The translations under genes and the position numbers were made by a program. The notes under the pieces were generated by a model. The model saw nothing but the letters and a program-made list of their open reading frames with translations. It was not told the DNA's origin and made no database searches. This document shows positions 60,408-64,000 of a stretch of 64,000 bases of DNA, in pieces. Location: positions 15,438,001 through 15,502,000 of the forward strand of contig OZ249437.1 of the NCBI GenBank assembly GCA_965235115.1. The letters run 5' to 3'. Source of the DNA: Laetmonice hystrix (lineage: Eukaryota). Positions within the stretch are counted from its first letter, which is position 1; every line of letters begins with the position of its first letter.

Positions 60408-62094
60408 CTGTGAAACAACAGAACATTATTTTCTTAATCCCTACAGGCGTGCCATGAATGGGTGAGAATCCGTGAGATAAAGTTACTAACACTGAGCATG
60501 CGCGTGTTGGTCCACTGGCGGGTCCAAGGGGGATGGGGCTAAGGGAGCTCCAGCCCCCTCCCTAAATTCTGGACTAAAACAATTCCTGTATCCGCCCATG
60601 TGGTCGCTGTGTGATCAGTCCAACACTCACATTGAAATACGTCAACACAGTTTTCTTAGACCCCTAATTTTTATTTAATCGATGATTATGATTGCAGCAG
60701 AAGAATTAGGAACGAATTACGTATGTTTGCAATCATTTTCTGGATGTTTAAGAACCCCCAACGATGTCTATGGGTACGGAGAACCCTCCTATCAAGTCGG
60801 GACGCCCTTTCACATCACACGTTCAAACTCCCACTTAATATTATCTTCTTTGTTAGCCAGATTTAAACAGTCCTCTTACCACTGTGGTTACGCTTCAAGG
60901 TTGAAATATAAAAACTTCCTCAACTGTTGAAGACAACCCACGAGCTCAGCCAAGGTACCAACGTATTCCTCTTAAATAATATGGTCTACCATAACGGTGT
61001 AGACGTGCACTCCCACGGATCTTACTGAAACTATCGTTTTATGTGCAACCATTTCCACTTTAAGGCCTGGCTCGTAGTCCTGGAGGCGATGTCGCCGACT
61101 GTCGGCGCACGCAGTCCGCAACGTCGCCGTGTGAAATCGTTGAGATCGCTAGGCGATCGCCGCAGTTGTCGGCGTTAAATTTTCGCTTGGCGGGTCGCAT
61201 GGACGTCGCAAGGAAAATCGGCTTCGTGGATAAGGCCCTTTAGATGGATAAACCGATGTATACAAATCCATACGGCGATAAACATAATGATCGTATAACG
61301 AGATTAGGAATTCGCCGGACGTCTGGATAAAGATACCCGCTCCTGCTACTTTCTCTGAGACACAATATCAACTTAGTCGGGCAGTCTTAAGGATATAATA
61401 AACTTTTACCCAACTAAATCTATAAGGAGAAAATAAAAACAACTTATTACGCTAATGGATAAGCGAGACGGACACCGAACAAAAAAATAATCGTGACAGC
61501 ATCTCGGCGCTGTCCATCTTCATACTTATATTCGATCGACAACGCATGTGTTGCTGAAAGTTATCTTTTTGTGTCTAAATTACCAATCAAAAATAGAAAT
61601 CTCGGCTACATTAATTACAGCTATATCAAGACATTTTTACCGATAATAGGTTTGGATTAACGAATGACAAATCTTCTGTCGATAATCCTCTGAGGAAAAG
61701 TTGTTATGGACTTTGATTGACGTGCAGGGCTCCGTCAGTATGCGTGTTATACGTCTAGTGCTGATAAACATCAGGAATTGTTATAAATACAAGACACAGA
61801 ACAAACGAATACATCCAAGCCAGGCCCATCATTGACTTTAAGTGGTTGTCTCCCGGAGTGATTTACTGGCCTCACCATGTACAATGATGGCTTGGTGTGT
61901 GATCAAAATAATACTCAGTATGGGCCTCAGTGTGTCCTTCCAAACTCGTGTGATTTGTGAACAATGTGGCTAAAATAGGTCTCCCATTCACCCCTACCTC
62001 CAAATACACCCATCCCCTCCAATGGCGGGGTCCGGGGCGGCTGGGAGGGGGGGGGGGCTGTAACCCCCATATTAAATTCCCAAATTAAAGTTAT

Positions 62095-62665
62095 ATTCTC
62101 TCTTCCTCTCCCTCTCTGTCTCTCGTCTCTCTCTCCCTTCTTTCTCTCTCCCCTCTCCCCCTCTCATCGCCCTCTCCCTCTCTCCCCACTGTCTCTCCAC
62201 TGTCTCTCGTCGCTCCCTCCCTCCCNNNNNNNNNNNNNNNNNNNNNNNNNNNNNNNNNNNNNNNNNNNNNNNNNNNNNNNNNNNNNNNNNNNNNNNNNNN
62301 NNNNNNNNNNNNNNNNNNNNNNNNNNNNNNNNNNNNNNNNNNNNNNNNNNNNNNNCTTTCTCCCACTCTCTCTACTCTCTCTTGTCGCTCTCTCTCTCTC
62401 TCGTCACCCTCTCTCTCTCTCGTCGCTCCCTCCTCTCTCCCCCCTCTTTCTCTCCCTCTCCCCCTCTCGTCGCCCTCGCCCTCTCTCTCGTCGCTCTCTC
62501 CCTCTCTGTCCCCTCTCTCTCGTCACTCTCTCCCTCCCTCTCCCTCTCTATCCCCTCTATCTCTCCTCTCTCTCGTTTCTCTCCCTCTCTTCCCTCTTTC
62601 TCTCTCCCTTTTTGTCTCCCTGTCTCTCCCCTCTCTCTAGCTCTCTCCTCTCTCGTCGTTCTTTA
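62095..62665. repeat. CT-rich low-complexity tract spanning an N gap
   Basis: Near-pure pyrimidine strand. Confidence 0.9.
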
Positions 62666-63104
62666 CCTTTTTCCCCTGCAGGCACGGATCCAGAGAGCAC
62701 GTGCCCCCCTTCAGTTGGCTGGGCATTTTTTTTTATTACAAAACCGCGGCATTTAAATGTGACTATGTTGCATTATTTGGCTGCTTGAATAAATAATGTT
62801 CTTTTGGTTCACATAACATTGCTGTTATTTCAAACATCCTGGATACGTGCCTGCCCTCTCTCTCTCGCCCCTCTCTTCCCCTCTCTCTCCTGTCTCCCTC
62901 TCCCTCAGTGTGTGCTATAAGCTTAGCGTAATGCAGACATCCTTGGTGACACAAACCAAGGAAGGAATATAGTAGAATACACACGTCTACTCACTTCTGA
63001 CAGAACTTTCTGGTGCTTAACGAAGAAAACATTGTTTTAATCTGTGGAAACTCTCAAGCTATAATGAGGTTTCAATATCTGCCTAGCGGACGTAGCAGAC
63101 ATTA

Positions 63105-63432
63105 CCCCAATAATCGATTACTCCTTAAAGAAACTATCCCTATTCCAGGCCCTGTCCCAATAATCAACTACTCCTAAAAGAAACTATCCCTATTCCAGGC
63201 CCTGTCCCAATAATCGATTACATGTACTCCTAAAAGAAACTATCCCTATTCCAGGCCCTGTCCCAATAATCGATTACTCCTAAAAGAAACTATCCCTATT
63301 CCAGGCCCTGACCCAATAATCGATTACTCCTCAAAGAAACTATCCCTATTCCTGGCCCTGACCCAATAATCGATTACTCCTTAAAGAAACTATCCCTATT
63401 CCAGGTCCTGCACCAATAATACTCCTTAAAGA
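63105..63432. repeat. Minisatellite, ~50-bp unit (CTCCTAAAAGAAACTATCCCTATTCCAGGCCCTGTCCCAATAATCGATTA), about 6 copies
   Basis: Direct repeats. Confidence 0.9.
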
Positions 63433-63617
63433 ATTCCTGGCTCTAATGTAAGACAAGATCAGTCTCCCAGATCTGAGAGAAGACCACTTCGATATATCCA
63501 CTCTAACATAAGATTAAAAATTCCACTGATATTTCCAAGGTATATCATCAAAACGAACCCGTTTTAACCGCCATATTCGCCATTGTTAGACGTACTTCCG
63601 CTGTTCTGGAAACTTAC

Positions 63618-63879
63618 CTTTTTCGTTCTGTATTTCCTTTTTAACTCCCTCATCATTCAGCTTCCAAAGCGTTCCCTTCACAGCATGTCGGACTTTATTA
63701 ACCTCACTGGTCTTGTGTATTTCAAGAGCGTCGACACATCCTGGCTCTTCTGATATCAACTTGGCGACCTTGGGGTCGAAGGCCAGCGTCCAAAGACACT
63801 GCGCAGCCGCGTAGTTCTCTTCCGGGTCACTGTAGTTCAACATGCGGACAAGCAATGGCAGGGCACCTTCGTCTACGAT
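63618..63879 (-). CDS. ARM-TIR-SAM gene exon (armadillo repeats); further 5' exons are outside the window
   Basis: CATCCCAG acceptor (phase 0), G|GTAAGT donor (phase 1); IVDEGALPLLVRML...AAQCLWTLAF...AVKGTLWKL are ARM helices. Confidence 0.9.
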
Positions 63880-64000
63880 CTGGGATGATGAAAGAAAAAT
63901 ATGTTCAATACTAGAGATGTACCTGGTGGAATATGGACCGCACCAGAACCAGCATTATGTACCCGGTCCCCCTCATTCCTGACAATTAATAAAGGCTTTC

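Noticed and set aside
554-63432. CRISPR-like interpretation of the regular repeat arrays
   Set aside because: Units are head-to-tail with no unique spacers, there are no cas genes, and the context is an intron-containing animal genome.
57157-63879. Naming the TIR gene SARM1
   Set aside because: Domain order (ARM-TIR-SAM) and the TIR_2-type motifs differ from SARM1 (ARM-SAM-SAM-TIR); no symbol assigned.

Overview
Metazoan (probably marine invertebrate) genomic DNA with introns, five short N-gaps and dense repeats. I found no rRNA, tRNA or CRISPR. Two host genes converge tail-to-tail. (1) A class A neuropeptide-type GPCR lies on the + strand. Its four last coding exons (17177-17300, 20866-21068, 47885-48014, 48620-49087) splice in frame from the end of TM3 to the stop, and its 5' exons lie upstream of the window. 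(2) An ARM-repeat/TIR/SAM gene lies on the - strand, with six phase-compatible exons between 63879 and 57157; its 5' end is outside the window. The 26.8-kb GPCR intron holds a young, full-length Ty3/gypsy LTR retrotransposon (36700-46172, - strand). It has a TTAG target-site duplication, a PBS, gag, a -1 frameshift and pol with one TGA in integrase. It also has an unusual IMDD RT motif, a long integrase C-terminal extension and an unexplained 2.3-kb post-pol region. An ATG fused to a splice donor in the 5' leader, plus alternating splice signals and a transmembrane micro-ORF in that post-pol region, suggests a spliced accessory gene. This is my best candidate for novel biology, but it is inference. 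The rest of the window is a 3.3-kb foldback element with YY1-motif arrays, several MITEs, a LINE 3' fragment, SINE fragments and about a dozen tandem arrays. Several arrays sit against exon boundaries, and one quadruplicates the TIR exon's splice acceptor.
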